A stretch of 64,000 bases of DNA from an uncultured Gemmatimonadales bacterium (GTDB taxonomy: Bacteria > Gemmatimonadota > Gemmatimonadetes > Longimicrobiales > RSA9). The notes under the pieces are model-generated. The model ran no database searches. It saw only the letters and a list, made by a program, of their open reading frames with translations, and was not told where the DNA came from. The position numbers were made by a program, and so were the translations under genes. Of the stretch, positions 30,273 to 40,197 are shown in pieces; within the stretch, counting starts at the first letter, position 1; every line of letters begins with the position of its first letter. The stretch covers positions 960,001 to 1,024,000 of the forward strand of contig OY970192.1 in assembly GCA_963708135.1 (NCBI GenBank). Reading direction: 5' to 3'.

Positions 30273-31016
30273 ATGTCCTCCGAGCTGCTGGAGACGATCC
30301 GCGCCGGCCGCCGGATCCCGGTGCACGTCGCCGTCATCATGGACGGTAACGGGCGCTGGGCGCGCGGTCGCGGCCTGCCTCGCTTTCGTGGTCACGCGGC
30401 GGGGATGGCGTCCGTGCGCGAGGTCATCGAAGGCGCCATCCAGGCAGGGGTTCAGATCCTCACGCTCTTCGCCTTCTCCCAGGAGAACTGGAGCCGTCCG
30501 GCCGGCGAGGTGGCCGCGCTCATGAAGCTGCTGCAGCGCTACGTCACGCGCGAGCGGGACGAGCTGGTGGAGCAGGGGGTGCAGGTGCGCATCTTCGGCG
30601 AGCGCGAGCGGCTTTCTGCCGGTCCGCGGCGGGCCATCGAGGCGATCGAGCGCGCCACCGAGGCGGGCGAGACGCTCCGCCTGAACCTCATGATCAGCTA
30701 TGGCAGTCGCGCGGAGATCGCGCGCGCCGCGCGGCTCCTCGCCGAGCGCGTCCGCGCGGGCGAGCTGGATCCGGCCGATATCGATGAGGCGGCGTTCGGC
30801 GGTGCCCTCTACACGGCAGGCATCCCTGATCCCGATCTGGTCATCCGCACCTCCGGCGAGCTTCGCGTGAGCAACTTCATGCTCTGGCAGGTCGCGTACG
30901 CCGAGCTCTACATCACGCCGGTGCTCTGGCCCGACTTCACGCGTGAGCACCTCTTCGAGGCCATCCACGACTACCAGAAGCGGGAGCGGCGCTTCGGTCG
31001 CGTGACGACGGGCTGA
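30273..31016 (+). CDS. uppS: Undecaprenyl diphosphate synthase
   Basis: HVAVIMDGNGRWA, FSQENW.RP, IRTSGELRVSNF. Confidence 0.97.
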   Translation: MSSELLETIRAGRRIPVHVAVIMDGNGRWARGRGLPRFRGHAAGMASVREVIEGAIQAGVQILTLFAFSQENWSRPAGEVAALMKLLQRYVTRERDELVEQGVQVRIFGERERLSAGPRRAIEAIERATEAGETLRLNLMISYGSRAEIARAARLLAERVRAGELDPADIDEAAFGGALYTAGIPDPDLVIRTSGELRVSNFMLWQVAYAELYITPVLWPDFTREHLFEAIHDYQKRERRFGRVTTG

Positions 31017-31020
31017 GACG

Positions 31021-31944
31021 ATGCCGCGGAGCGAGCTCGGCAAGCGTCTCCTCGTCGCGGCCATCGGCATCCCTCTCGCTGTAGCGGCCGTCTGGTTCGG
31101 CGGCCTCGCGCTCGGGGTCCTGCTCGCCGCTGTCGCCGGGGGGGCAGCGCTCGAGCTCTACCAGATGGCCGCGCTCAGGGGTGTACGGGCGTTCCGTCCC
31201 GCGGGCGTGGCGCTTGCGGCCGCCCTCGTCCTGATCGCCGCCGGACGCCCCTTCGAGCCGATGGCGACGCCCCTCTTCTGGTTCCTCTCCATGCTCTTCG
31301 TGCTCGGCCTGGCCGCCGCCGCCGTGTGGCTGCGTGGCGTCAACGGCCGTCCCCTCGAGGCCGTCGCCGTCACGGTGCTCGGCGGCCTCTTCACGGGCGG
31401 CACCCTGAGCTACGCCCTGTTCCTGCGCTACCTCGGCGGGCGGCTTCCAGTCGGCGGCGCGCCCGCGGCGCTCTACGCGCCCGGCTCCGCATTCGCGGGC
31501 ACGGCCCTCGTCTTCTTCCCCGTGCTGCTGACCTGGATCAACGACACCTGCGCCTACTTCGGCGGGCGCGCCTTCGGGCGCCGCAAGCTCATCCCGGCCG
31601 TCAGCCCCGGAAAGACCGTGGCGGGAGCCTGGGCCGGCCTCGCGGGGACGATCCTGGCCTCCCTGGGGTATGTCCTGCTGGTGTTCCGCGCCGAGCTCGG
31701 CCTGCCGCTCGGATGGGCCGCCGCTCTCGTGGGCGGCGCGCTGATCTCGCTGACCGCGCAGGTCGGCGACCTCGCGGAGTCGCTCCTCAAGCGGGAGGTG
31801 GGCGTGAAGGACTCGGGTCACCTGCTCCCCGGGCACGGCGGGCTGCTGGACCGCATGGATTCGCTCTTTTACACGATTCCCGTGGCGTACTGGTTCCTGG
31901 CCGTCGTGCTCCCGCTCGAGGGGGGCGCACGGCTGTGGCGGTAG
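31021..31944 (+). CDS. cdsA: Phosphatidate cytidylyltransferase
   Basis: SPGKTVAG, GDLAESLLKR..GVKDSG.LLPGHGGLLDRMDS. Confidence 0.96.
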   Translation: MPRSELGKRLLVAAIGIPLAVAAVWFGGLALGVLLAAVAGGAALELYQMAALRGVRAFRPAGVALAAALVLIAAGRPFEPMATPLFWFLSMLFVLGLAAAAVWLRGVNGRPLEAVAVTVLGGLFTGGTLSYALFLRYLGGRLPVGGAPAALYAPGSAFAGTALVFFPVLLTWINDTCAYFGGRAFGRRKLIPAVSPGKTVAGAWAGLAGTILASLGYVLLVFRAELGLPLGWAAALVGGALISLTAQVGDLAESLLKREVGVKDSGHLLPGHGGLLDRMDSLFYTIPVAYWFLAVVLPLEGGARLWR

Positions 31945-33086
31945 GCGTCGCGCTGCTCGGCTCCACCGGCTCCATCGGCCGGAGCGCCCTCGCCGTGCTG
32001 GAGCGGCATTCCGAGGAGTTCCGGGTCGTCGCGCTCACGGCGCACCGGAGCGCGGACCGGCTCGACGAGCAGGTCCGGCAGTGGCGTCCGGCCCTGGCCG
32101 TGCTCACGGACGAGGCCGGCGCCCCGGTGGGCGATGGTAACGATACCCGCTGGCGTACGGGCCGAGAGGCGCTGCTCGCCGCGGCGACCCATCCGGACGT
32201 GGATGTCGTGCTGAACGCGGTGGTCGGCGCCGCCGGGCTCGAGGCCACCCTCGCCGCGCTCGCTGCCGGCAAGCGCCTGGCTCTGGCGAACAAGGAATCC
32301 CTCGTGGCGGGCGGGCCGCTGGTACTCGACGCGCTTCGGCGGGGCGGCGGCGAGCTCGTGCCGGTGGACAGCGAGCACAGCGCGATCCTGCAGTGCCTGC
32401 GTGGCGCGGCGGCGGGCGAGGCGAGACGCCTTATCCTGACGGCATCGGGCGGGCCGTTCCGGGGTATGACCGGCTCGGCCCTGGCGGCGGTCACGCCGGA
32501 GGAGGCGCTGCGGCACCCGACGTGGGACATGGGCGCGAAGATCACCATCGACTCGGCCACGCTCGCCAACAAGGCGCTCGAGGTGATCGAGGCGCATTTC
32601 CTCTTCGGCGTGCCTTACGAGCGCATCGAGGTGGTGGTCCACCCCCAGTCGATCATCCACTCCATGGTCGAGTTCTGCGACGGCTCGGTGCTGGCGCAGA
32701 TGGGCTTCCCGACCATGGAGGTGCCGATCCTCTACGCGCTGAGCCACCCCCGGCGCGTGACGGACCGGGGCGTGAGGCGCTTCGATCCCGTGGCCGCCGG
32801 TCGCCTCAGCTTCGAGGCGCTCGACGAGCGCGCGTTCCCCGCGTTCGGACTCGGGGTCGCGGCGGGGCGGGCGGGGGGCACCGCGCCCGCCGCCTTCAAC
32901 GCGGCGAACGAGGTCGCAGTGGAGGCGTTCCTGGCCGGGAACTTGCCCTTCCCGGCCATTCCTGAGGTCATCGATGCCGCTCTGGCGGCCCACGCGCCGG
33001 CTCCGGCCAGCTCGCTGGAGGCCGTGCTGGACGCGGACCGGCGGGCGCGCGCCGCCGCGCGGAAACGGTTGGAACGGACATGCTGA
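31935..33086 (+). CDS. dxr: 1-deoxy-D-xylulose-5-phosphate reductoisomerase
   Basis: LGSTGSIG, LANKESLV, PVDSEH, HPTWDMGAKITIDSATL. Confidence 0.97.
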   Translation: MAVGVALLGSTGSIGRSALAVLERHSEEFRVVALTAHRSADRLDEQVRQWRPALAVLTDEAGAPVGDGNDTRWRTGREALLAAATHPDVDVVLNAVVGAAGLEATLAALAAGKRLALANKESLVAGGPLVLDALRRGGGELVPVDSEHSAILQCLRGAAAGEARRLILTASGGPFRGMTGSALAAVTPEEALRHPTWDMGAKITIDSATLANKALEVIEAHFLFGVPYERIEVVVHPQSIIHSMVEFCDGSVLAQMGFPTMEVPILYALSHPRRVTDRGVRRFDPVAAGRLSFEALDERAFPAFGLGVAAGRAGGTAPAAFNAANEVAVEAFLAGNLPFPAIPEVIDAALAAHAPAPASSLEAVLDADRRARAAARKRLERTC

Positions 33087-34498
33087 TCACGATCCTCGCG
33101 ACCGCGGTCGTCCTCGGGGTGCTCATCTTCGTCCACGAGCTCGGGCACTTCGTCACGGCCAAGCTCGTGGACATCGAGGTGCCCCGCTTTTCCATCGGGT
33201 TCGGCCCCAAGGTCGTCGGCTTCCGCTGGGGTGAGACCGAGTACGTGCTTTCACTGCTCCCCCTCGGCGGCTACGTGAAGATGGCCGGGATGGAGGAGCT
33301 GGAGCCCCTGGAGGGCGGCGCGGCGAAGGGCGGGACGGCAGCGCCGGATGCGGAGGGGCCCGGCGCCGCGGCCCCGCCCGGTGCCGCCGGAGGCGCGACG
33401 CGCGAGCGCGGGCCGCGCGACTTCGAGTCGAAGCCGTTGTGGGCCCGCACACTGGTGATCTCCGCCGGCGTGATCATGAACGTGATCTTCGCGTTCTGCG
33501 TGTTCACGTTCAGCGCTCTGGTCTGGGGCGTCGAGCCGCCGCAGCCGCCGCTCATTGCGCACGTCGTCGCCTCCGAGCTGCCGGCCGGTACGGAGGCGCT
33601 CGCCCGGGTGCCGGCCGGGGCGCGCGTCGTCTCGATCGGGGACCGCCCGGTCCGGAGCTGGAGCAGCCTGCGGCAGGCGGTGGTCATGGCCAGAGAGGGG
33701 CTCGACACGGTCCTTTTCGCGGACGCGCCGCCCGTCGCCATCGACATGCCCGCGCGCGAGAAGCAGCGGCTCCAGCTCTTCAACGCCCTCGAGCCGGTGA
33801 TGGACTTCCCGCCCGTGGCCGGTGGTGTCGTGGCGGGCATGCCGGCGCACCGCGCCGGGATCCAGTCCGGCGACCGCATCGTCGAGGTGATGGGTAGACC
33901 GGTGCACATCTGGCAGGACCTCGTCAGCACGGTGCAGGGCCGGGCCGGTCAGCCCACGTCGCTCGTAGTCGAGCGAGGTGGGCGGCGCGTGCCGATCACC
34001 GTGACCCCGGAGCCGACGCCGGACACGCTGGGCAGCGGCGCCGTTCGTAGCATCGGCAGGATCGGGATCGAGCCCGTTCCACCAGCGCCGGTCCGCCCCG
34101 GTCTGGCCGGTGCGATCGTGCACGGGGCCCGGCAAACCTACCACTGGATCGCGCTTACGATCGGCTTCCTGCGCGACCTGATCACCGGCCGTCAGTCCGC
34201 GCGCAATCTGGGCGGACCGATCCTCATCGGGCAGATCAGCGGCCAGGTCGCGCGCCTCGGCCTGCAGGCGTTCCTCACGTTCATGGCCTACTTCTCGGTG
34301 AACCTGGCCGTGCTGAACCTGCTGCCGATCCCGGTGCTGGATGGCGGTCAGCTGATGTTCCTGGCCGTCGAGGGCGTACGCGGACGGGCACTGACGCTCG
34401 AGCAGAAAGCGCGGCTGATGCAGGTGGGGTTCGTTCTCGTGCTCGCCCTCATGGTCTGGGCGATCGCGAACGACGTGTTGCGCTTGTTCGGGGTCTGA
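33080..34498 (+). CDS. rseP: RIP metalloprotease RseP
   Basis: HELGH, PLGGYVKM, PDZ domains, NLLPIPVLDGG. Confidence 0.96.
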   Translation: MLITILATAVVLGVLIFVHELGHFVTAKLVDIEVPRFSIGFGPKVVGFRWGETEYVLSLLPLGGYVKMAGMEELEPLEGGAAKGGTAAPDAEGPGAAAPPGAAGGATRERGPRDFESKPLWARTLVISAGVIMNVIFAFCVFTFSALVWGVEPPQPPLIAHVVASELPAGTEALARVPAGARVVSIGDRPVRSWSSLRQAVVMAREGLDTVLFADAPPVAIDMPAREKQRLQLFNALEPVMDFPPVAGGVVAGMPAHRAGIQSGDRIVEVMGRPVHIWQDLVSTVQGRAGQPTSLVVERGGRRVPITVTPEPTPDTLGSGAVRSIGRIGIEPVPPAPVRPGLAGAIVHGARQTYHWIALTIGFLRDLITGRQSARNLGGPILIGQISGQVARLGLQAFLTFMAYFSVNLAVLNLLPIPVLDGGQLMFLAVEGVRGRALTLEQKARLMQVGFVLVLALMVWAIANDVLRLFGV

Positions 34499-34540
34499 GC
34501 GCCTCGCCGCGGCGCTCCCGCGCCGGGCACGGCCCCGAGG

Positions 34541-35362
34541 TCAGAACAGGCTCAGCTGCGCGGGCGCGCGTGCCCGCCGCAGCGCGGAGACGTCCACCGG
34601 CTCCATGGGCCGCTCCTGCGGCGCCACCAGCAGCGGGCCGCGGTAGCCAATGCCGTCCAGCGCCGCGCCCACGATCTCCCGGGCCAGACCGCCGTCGTTG
34701 CAGTGCTCGCTCAGGTGGGCGAGGACCACGTGGTGCAGCTCGGCGTGGTGCAGCTCCACGGCCAGCTCCGCGGAGGCGCGGTTGGAGAGATGCCCGTGGC
34801 TGGACGCGATGCGCTGCTTGACCGACCACGGGTAGGGGCCGCTCCACAGCAGCGCCTCGTCGTGGTTGGCCTCGAGGACCAGTAGATGACAGCCGGAGAG
34901 CGCGGCCCGCACCGCGGCCGTGGGCCGGCCCAGGTCCGTGGCGATTCCCAGCCGGTCTCCACTGGCCAGCTCATGCACCGTCACCGCCACCGGATCCGCG
35001 GCATCGTGAGCGGTCAGGAACGGCCGTACCTCGAGGCCGCGCAGGCGGAGCGGCTCCGTGGACGCGTAGGCATGCACCCGCTCCTCTCCCCTGAGCAGTC
35101 GCGCGCACGCCTGGCGCGTGACCGGCGTCAGGTAGAGCGGAAGCTGGAAACGCCGCGCCAGCACGCCCATGCCGCGGGTATGGTCTCCGTGCTCGTGCGT
35201 GACGACAATGGCGGAGAGCGTGGCCGGATCCACTCCCACAACCCGCAGGCGACGCTCCAGGTCGCGGCCGCTGAAGCCGGCGTCCACGAGCACGCGAGTC
35301 TCGCCGGACTCCACCAGCGCCGCGTTGCCGTTGCTGCCGCTGCCCAGCACCGTCACTCTCAC
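34541..35362 (-). CDS. MBL-fold metallo-hydrolase (YycJ/WalJ-like)
   Basis: LGSGSNGN, THEHGDH, HDAADP, TDLG, LEANHD, GHLSN; GTGA-coupled start. Confidence 0.92.
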   Translation of the reverse strand: MRVTVLGSGSNGNAALVESGETRVLVDAGFSGRDLERRLRVVGVDPATLSAIVVTHEHGDHTRGMGVLARRFQLPLYLTPVTRQACARLLRGEERVHAYASTEPLRLRGLEVRPFLTAHDAADPVAVTVHELASGDRLGIATDLGRPTAAVRAALSGCHLLVLEANHDEALLWSGPYPWSVKQRIASSHGHLSNRASAELAVELHHAELHHVVLAHLSEHCNDGGLAREIVGAALDGIGYRGPLLVAPQERPMEPVDVSALRRARAPAQLSLF

Positions 35363-36588
35363 ACGCCGGCCCTCCCCCGCTCGAAGGCCGCCGCGAGCAG
35401 AGCGCGCTGCCCATCGGACAGCACGACACCGCGACGCTCCATCACGACGGCCGCGGTCTCGAGGAACTTCTCCAGCCGGTACTCGGCCAGCGCGCCCCCC
35501 TCGCCCCACGAAAACGGCGGCACCACGCGCGGCGGCATGGCGCCGCCGAACAGGTTCGAGCCGGCGCCGATCACGGTGCCGGTGTTCAGAACCGTGCCGA
35601 TCCCGGTCTTCACGTGGTCCCCCAGAAGGCAGCCCATCTTGGTTTCGCCCGTGTCCGTCTCCCCGTCGGGGGTCCAGATGCGTACCGGCGCGTAGTTGTT
35701 CTTCAGGTCGCTGTTCGTCGTGAGCGCGCCCAGGTTCACCCAGCGGCCCAGGTAGGCGTGGCCGAGGAAGCCGGAGTGCGCCTTGTTGGTGTAGCCGTGG
35801 ATGACGCTCGTCTCCACCTCGCCGCGGACCTTGCACGCGGGTCCGATGCTCACGCACTCGAGCGCGCCGCCGAGGATCGTCGTGCCGCGGCCGATGTAGG
35901 CCGGCCCGGCCAGCCGGGTGAACGCCCGCACGCAGGCGCCATCATCCAGCCAGATTGGCCCCTCGTCGAGGTCCAGCACCACGTCCGGCTCCAGTAGCAC
36001 GTCCTGCCCGACGACCAGGCGCGATTCGCCGAGGACGGAGACGCCGGCGGCGCGCACCGGCTCCGTCGACGGAGCCGGGCAGAGCGCCGCCACATCGCGC
36101 GAGATCTGCTCCGTGTTGCCGGAGACCAGCTCCCACACATGACGCAGCATCCGCCCCTCTAGCGTGATCCGGCCAGGCGACGCATCCGCCGCGGATGCCG
36201 GGTCCCGGAAGAACGACGCCGGCGGCCGCGGGCTCCCGGCGGGCGCCCACCAGCCGCACGGCTGGCCCTCCAGCATCACGGTCGCGGGCGAGCCCGGCAG
36301 GACGGCGCGTGGCGCCCGCCAGTCGGGGATCGCGCGGGCGGACAGGAAGAGGATGTCGCCTTCGGGAAGCGCGGCGGGGTCCAGCACCTCTGGCGCGTCC
36401 GGCTCGTCGAATCCGGACAGCTCGGCGCTGCTGACGAAACCCGCGCACTGGCCGCCGAAGCGCCGCTCGGCCCGCTCCCATCCGCGCAGCGTGCCGAAGA
36501 GCAGGTCGCCAGCCGGACGGGTGAGGGTGAGCGGCAGCCATGCGCGGGCGACGTCGTCGTCGAAGAGCACGAGCGTCGGCTCAGCCAC
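35359..36588 (-). CDS. GlmU-related sugar nucleotidyltransferase/hexapeptide acetyltransferase
   Basis: LPLTLTRP, NKAHSGFLGHAYLGRWVNLGA.T.NSDLKN, GDHVKTGI. Confidence 0.85.
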   Translation of the reverse strand: MAEPTLVLFDDDVARAWLPLTLTRPAGDLLFGTLRGWERAERRFGGQCAGFVSSAELSGFDEPDAPEVLDPAALPEGDILFLSARAIPDWRAPRAVLPGSPATVMLEGQPCGWWAPAGSPRPPASFFRDPASAADASPGRITLEGRMLRHVWELVSGNTEQISRDVAALCPAPSTEPVRAAGVSVLGESRLVVGQDVLLEPDVVLDLDEGPIWLDDGACVRAFTRLAGPAYIGRGTTILGGALECVSIGPACKVRGEVETSVIHGYTNKAHSGFLGHAYLGRWVNLGALTTNSDLKNNYAPVRIWTPDGETDTGETKMGCLLGDHVKTGIGTVLNTGTVIGAGSNLFGGAMPPRVVPPFSWGEGGALAEYRLEKFLETAAVVMERRGVVLSDGQRALLAAAFERGRAGV

Positions 36589-37669
36589 CGGATCCCTCCA
36601 CGTCCCTGAGCCGCTCGGGCAGGGCGGCGAGGAGCGCCTTGAGCTCCGCGACGCGCGCCCGCGGCGCTACCAGCGTCACGCCGTTCGCCCGCACCACGAC
36701 CAGGTCCTGCGCGCCGAACACGACCACGGCTCCATCCTCCGCCCATGCAATGCAGCCGTCCGAGTCCACGACCTCCGCTTCGCCGACCGCCACGTTGCCC
36801 CGCGAATCCGCCGCGCGCGTCCGCGCCACGGCGTCCCAGGCCCCCACATCGTCCCAGCGGAAGTCCGCGCGCGCAACGGCCACCCGGTCACTGCGCTCGA
36901 GAAGCGCCTCGTCGATCGAGAGCGCGGGCGCCCGCTCGAAGAACTCCCCGACCTGTCCCGCTTCCAGCAGCGCGAGGTGGGGCGCGAGCTCCGGCGTGTT
37001 GCGGAGCAGCTCGTCCAGCAACGTGGCCGCGCGCCAGACGAAGATGCCGCTGTTCCAGAGGTAGCCGCCCTCCTGCAGGTAGGCCGCGGCCGTCTCCCGG
37101 GCGGGCTTCTCGACGAAGCGCTCCACCTCGAACAGCCCCGGCTCGCCCTCCAGCGGGCTGCCCACGCGGATGTAGCCGTACCCCGTCTCCGCGCGCGTGG
37201 GCTCGATGCCGAGCGTGAAGAGTCGTCCCGTGCGCGCGGCCACGGCGGCCACCCGCGCGAGAAGGAGGCGGAAGGCCTCCGCCGGCTCGATCACGTGGTC
37301 CGCGTGCAGCGAGATGAGAACCGCCTCCGGATCCCGTCGCGCGATCTCCACCGCAGCCCACGCCAGGACGGGGGCCGTGCCGCGCGCCCGCGGCTCGAGC
37401 AGCAGGCCTTCGGCGCCGATCTCCGGCACCGCCGCGAGCGTTGCCTCCGCGAGGGCCGCACCGGTCAGGATGCGCAGCCGCTCGGGCGGCACGAGCGGAA
37501 GGATCCGCTCGACCGTCTCCGCCAGCAGCGCGCGCGTGCCGCCCAGCGGCAGGAGCTGCTTCGGCCGCGCGGGAGTCGATACCGGCCAGAAACGCGAGCC
37601 CACGCCTCCGGCGAGGATCACCGCCCAGAGGGGCGCATCAGTGCGCGAAGAGCTCGTCGATTCGGGCAA
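36581..37669 (-). CDS. manC: Mannose-1-phosphate guanylyltransferase
   Basis: ILAGGVGSRFWP.S...PKQ, TGYGYI, FVEKP, WNSGIF, WDDVGAW. Confidence 0.92.
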   Translation of the reverse strand: MPESTSSSRTDAPLWAVILAGGVGSRFWPVSTPARPKQLLPLGGTRALLAETVERILPLVPPERLRILTGAALAEATLAAVPEIGAEGLLLEPRARGTAPVLAWAAVEIARRDPEAVLISLHADHVIEPAEAFRLLLARVAAVAARTGRLFTLGIEPTRAETGYGYIRVGSPLEGEPGLFEVERFVEKPARETAAAYLQEGGYLWNSGIFVWRAATLLDELLRNTPELAPHLALLEAGQVGEFFERAPALSIDEALLERSDRVAVARADFRWDDVGAWDAVARTRAADSRGNVAVGEAEVVDSDGCIAWAEDGAVVVFGAQDLVVVRANGVTLVAPRARVAELKALLAALPERLRDVEGSGG

Positions 37670-38030
37670 GCAGTTTCTTCGGGCTGAATGGCTTGGTGAG
37701 AAAGTCGGTGGCGCCCAGGCGCACGGCCCGCTCGCGGTCCGTCTCCTGGCCCTTTCCGGTCAGCATGATGACCGGCGTGCTCTGCCGGTGCGGCAACTGC
37801 CGCAGCTCTGCGAGCACATCCAGCCCGCTCACGTGCGGCATCATGATGTCGAGCAGGATCACGTCCACCGGCAGGTCGGAGCGCAGGCGAGTCAGGGCGG
37901 AGCGTCCATCCTGCGCGAGCTCGACGTCGTACGGCCCGTGCTCCAGCTTCATCTGGATGATCCGGCCGATGTAGGGTTCGTCGTCCACGACGAGGATGTG
38001 GCGTCGGCCGCCGGGGGTGGAGACGGGCAT
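37638..38030 (-). CDS. Single-domain response regulator
   Basis: ILVVDDE, LLDIMMP, MLTG, FLTKPFSP. Confidence 0.92.
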   Translation of the reverse strand: MPVSTPGGRRHILVVDDEPYIGRIIQMKLEHGPYDVELAQDGRSALTRLRSDLPVDVILLDIMMPHVSGLDVLAELRQLPHRQSTPVIMLTGKGQETDRERAVRLGATDFLTKPFSPKKLLARIDELFAH

Positions 38031-38145
38031 TGCTCCGGGTCGCGGTGAGGTCGTTGAGGGCCAGCGGACACCCGCCGGCGCTTGCCAGATTCGTGCCCAC
38101 TCCGTCTGCGCGCGCGAGGCGCCAGGCTCCCCCACGTGCCGCGAG

Positions 38146-38174
38146 ACCTTATGTCTGGAGTCGCGAAATGTCAA
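38146..38174 (-). promoter_or_regulatory. Sigma-70 promoter for the regulator-manC operon
   Basis: TTGACA-17 bp-TAAGGT on the minus strand. Confidence 0.65.
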
Positions 38175-38195
38175 GCGGCAGAACGCGATACGGGC

Positions 38196-38224
38196 TTGAC
38201 AGTCGCCAGGTGTCCCGGTAATCT
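38196..38224 (+). promoter_or_regulatory. Sigma-70 promoter for the lipoprotein-serS operon
   Basis: TTGACA-17 bp-TAATCT. Confidence 0.7.
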
Positions 38225-38259
38225 AAGCGATTCGAGAGACTCATCCCCTCTGCCGAGCC

Positions 38260-38829
38260 GTGAGCGTGCGCCCCTTCCCGCTTCTCTGCCTCGCCGCCGC
38301 CGCGCTCGTCAGCGCAGGCTGTGGCAACTCCCTCGGCCCGCAGGAATGGACGCCGACGCCCGACACCGTCACGCTGTTCTCCGTCTCGAGGACGGACTAC
38401 ACCGGCATGCCCTCGGGCCTCGACCTCGTGGTGGGGCAGATCGTCCCGATCGAGGCCGCCTCGGCGAACGGCTTCGATGTCGTGCTGGCGCAGCAGGGCG
38501 GCGGCTTCGTCTTTCTCCCCGCCGATGCCATCGCCGGCGTGACCTCCGGCGCCGGCGTGGCCCCCATTACCGGCACCGGCTTCGATGACCTGCAGGAAGC
38601 GCCCAGCGATACCGCGGTGTACGTGCACGCCGCGGCGGTGCCGCTCCAGGTCGGCGGCGTCTACGTCGTGCGCAGCCGACAGGCCTCCTGCGGCTACGTG
38701 AGCGGCCAGTGGTATGCCAAGGTGCAGCCGCTCGCGCTCGATGCCGAGCAGGGGACGGCCCAGGTGCGTTACGTCCGGAACCCGTTCTGCGGCGACCGCA
38801 ACCTCGTCCCTCCATCACAGAAGAAGTAG
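38260..38829 (+). CDS. Hypothetical lipoprotein
   Basis: Lipobox VSAGC after a hydrophobic stretch. Confidence 0.75.
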   Translation: MSVRPFPLLCLAAAALVSAGCGNSLGPQEWTPTPDTVTLFSVSRTDYTGMPSGLDLVVGQIVPIEAASANGFDVVLAQQGGGFVFLPADAIAGVTSGAGVAPITGTGFDDLQEAPSDTAVYVHAAAVPLQVGGVYVVRSRQASCGYVSGQWYAKVQPLALDAEQGTAQVRYVRNPFCGDRNLVPPSQKK

Positions 38830-38835
38830 CCAGAC

Positions 38836-40116
38836 ATGCTGGACCTGAAGCTGATCCGGGAGGAGCCGGACTTCGTCCGCGAGCGGCTCGGGGTGCGCGG
38901 CAAGCCGGACGCCGTGGCGCTCGTGGATCTGCTGCTCGAGCGCGATGAGGAGCGGCGTGCCGCCATCACGGAGGCGGAAGCGCTGCGGGCGCGCAAGAAC
39001 GTGGTGTCGCCCGAGGTCGGGAGGCTGAAGCAGGCGGGACGGCACGAGGAGGCCGAGCCGCTGATCCGCGAGATGCGCGAGCTGGGCGAGCGGATGGCCA
39101 CGGCCGAGACTCGGCGCGCGGCCGCGGAGGAGGCGGTCCGCGAGCTGCTGCTGGAGATCCCCAACCTGCCATCGGAGGACGTGCCCGCAGGCGGCGAGGC
39201 GGACGGGGTGGTGGTCCGCGAGTGGGGCGAGCCCACCGAGCTGGCCTTCTCGCCGCGACCCCACTGGGAGCTCGGCGACGCGCTCGGCATCCTCGACCTG
39301 CCGCGCGGGGCCAAGGTGGCGGGGAGCGGCTTCCCGCTCCTTGTGGGCATGGGCGCGCGCCTTGAGCGGGCGCTCATCCAGCTGATGCTGGACGTGCACG
39401 CGCGCGAGCACGGGTACACGGAGCTCTGCCCGCCTTTCGTGGTGAACGAGCAGGCGGCGCTCGGCACGGGCAACCTGCCGAAGTTCGGCGAGGACATGTA
39501 CGCCGTGCCCGAGGACGGGCTGTATCTCGTGCCCACCGCCGAGCTGCCCGTCACCAACCTGCACGGCGGCGAGATGCTGGACGGCGGCGCGCTGCCGATC
39601 CGGTACGTGGCGTACACGCCCTGCTTCCGCCGCGAGGCGGGCGCGCACGGCAAGGATACGCGCGGACTCCTGCGCGTGCATCAGTTCGACAAGGTGGAGC
39701 TGGTGCGCTTCGAGCGGCCGGAGAACGGCCCGAGCGCACACGAGGAGCTCACCGGCCACGCCGAGGCCATTCTGCAGCGGCTGGGACTGCGTTACCGCGT
39801 GGTGCTGCTTGCCGGCGGCGATCTCGGCTTCTCGAACGCCAAGACCTACGACCTCGAGGTCTGGGCGCCCGGCGTGGGGCGCTGGCTGGAAGTCTCCAGC
39901 TGCTCGCTCTATACGGACTTCCAGGCCCGCCGCGCCAACATCCGGTTCCGCCCCGCACCCGGCGAGAAGCCGGAGTTCGTCTACACGCTGAACGGCTCCG
40001 GCGTCGCGCTGGCGCGCACCTTCGCGGCGCTGCTGGAGAATGGTCAGCAGTCCGATGGGAGCATCCGAATCCCCGAGCCCCTCGCGGGGTATCTCGGCAC
40101 GGACCGGATCGGTTGA
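38836..40116 (+). CDS. serS: Serine--tRNA ligase
   Basis: MLDLKLIRE, PTAELP, FRREAG...GLLRVHQFDKVE, EVSSCS, TLNGSG. Confidence 0.98.
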   Translation: MLDLKLIREEPDFVRERLGVRGKPDAVALVDLLLERDEERRAAITEAEALRARKNVVSPEVGRLKQAGRHEEAEPLIREMRELGERMATAETRRAAAEEAVRELLLEIPNLPSEDVPAGGEADGVVVREWGEPTELAFSPRPHWELGDALGILDLPRGAKVAGSGFPLLVGMGARLERALIQLMLDVHAREHGYTELCPPFVVNEQAALGTGNLPKFGEDMYAVPEDGLYLVPTAELPVTNLHGGEMLDGGALPIRYVAYTPCFRREAGAHGKDTRGLLRVHQFDKVELVRFERPENGPSAHEELTGHAEAILQRLGLRYRVVLLAGGDLGFSNAKTYDLEVWAPGVGRWLEVSSCSLYTDFQARRANIRFRPAPGEKPEFVYTLNGSGVALARTFAALLENGQQSDGSIRIPEPLAGYLGTDRIG

Positions 40117-40197
40117 GCGCCGGGCCGGCAGCGAGCTGCCGGCCCGGTCCGCTCGGCCCCCGGCGCGGCCCTGCCCCCGGCTCGAGCCCCGAGGCCC

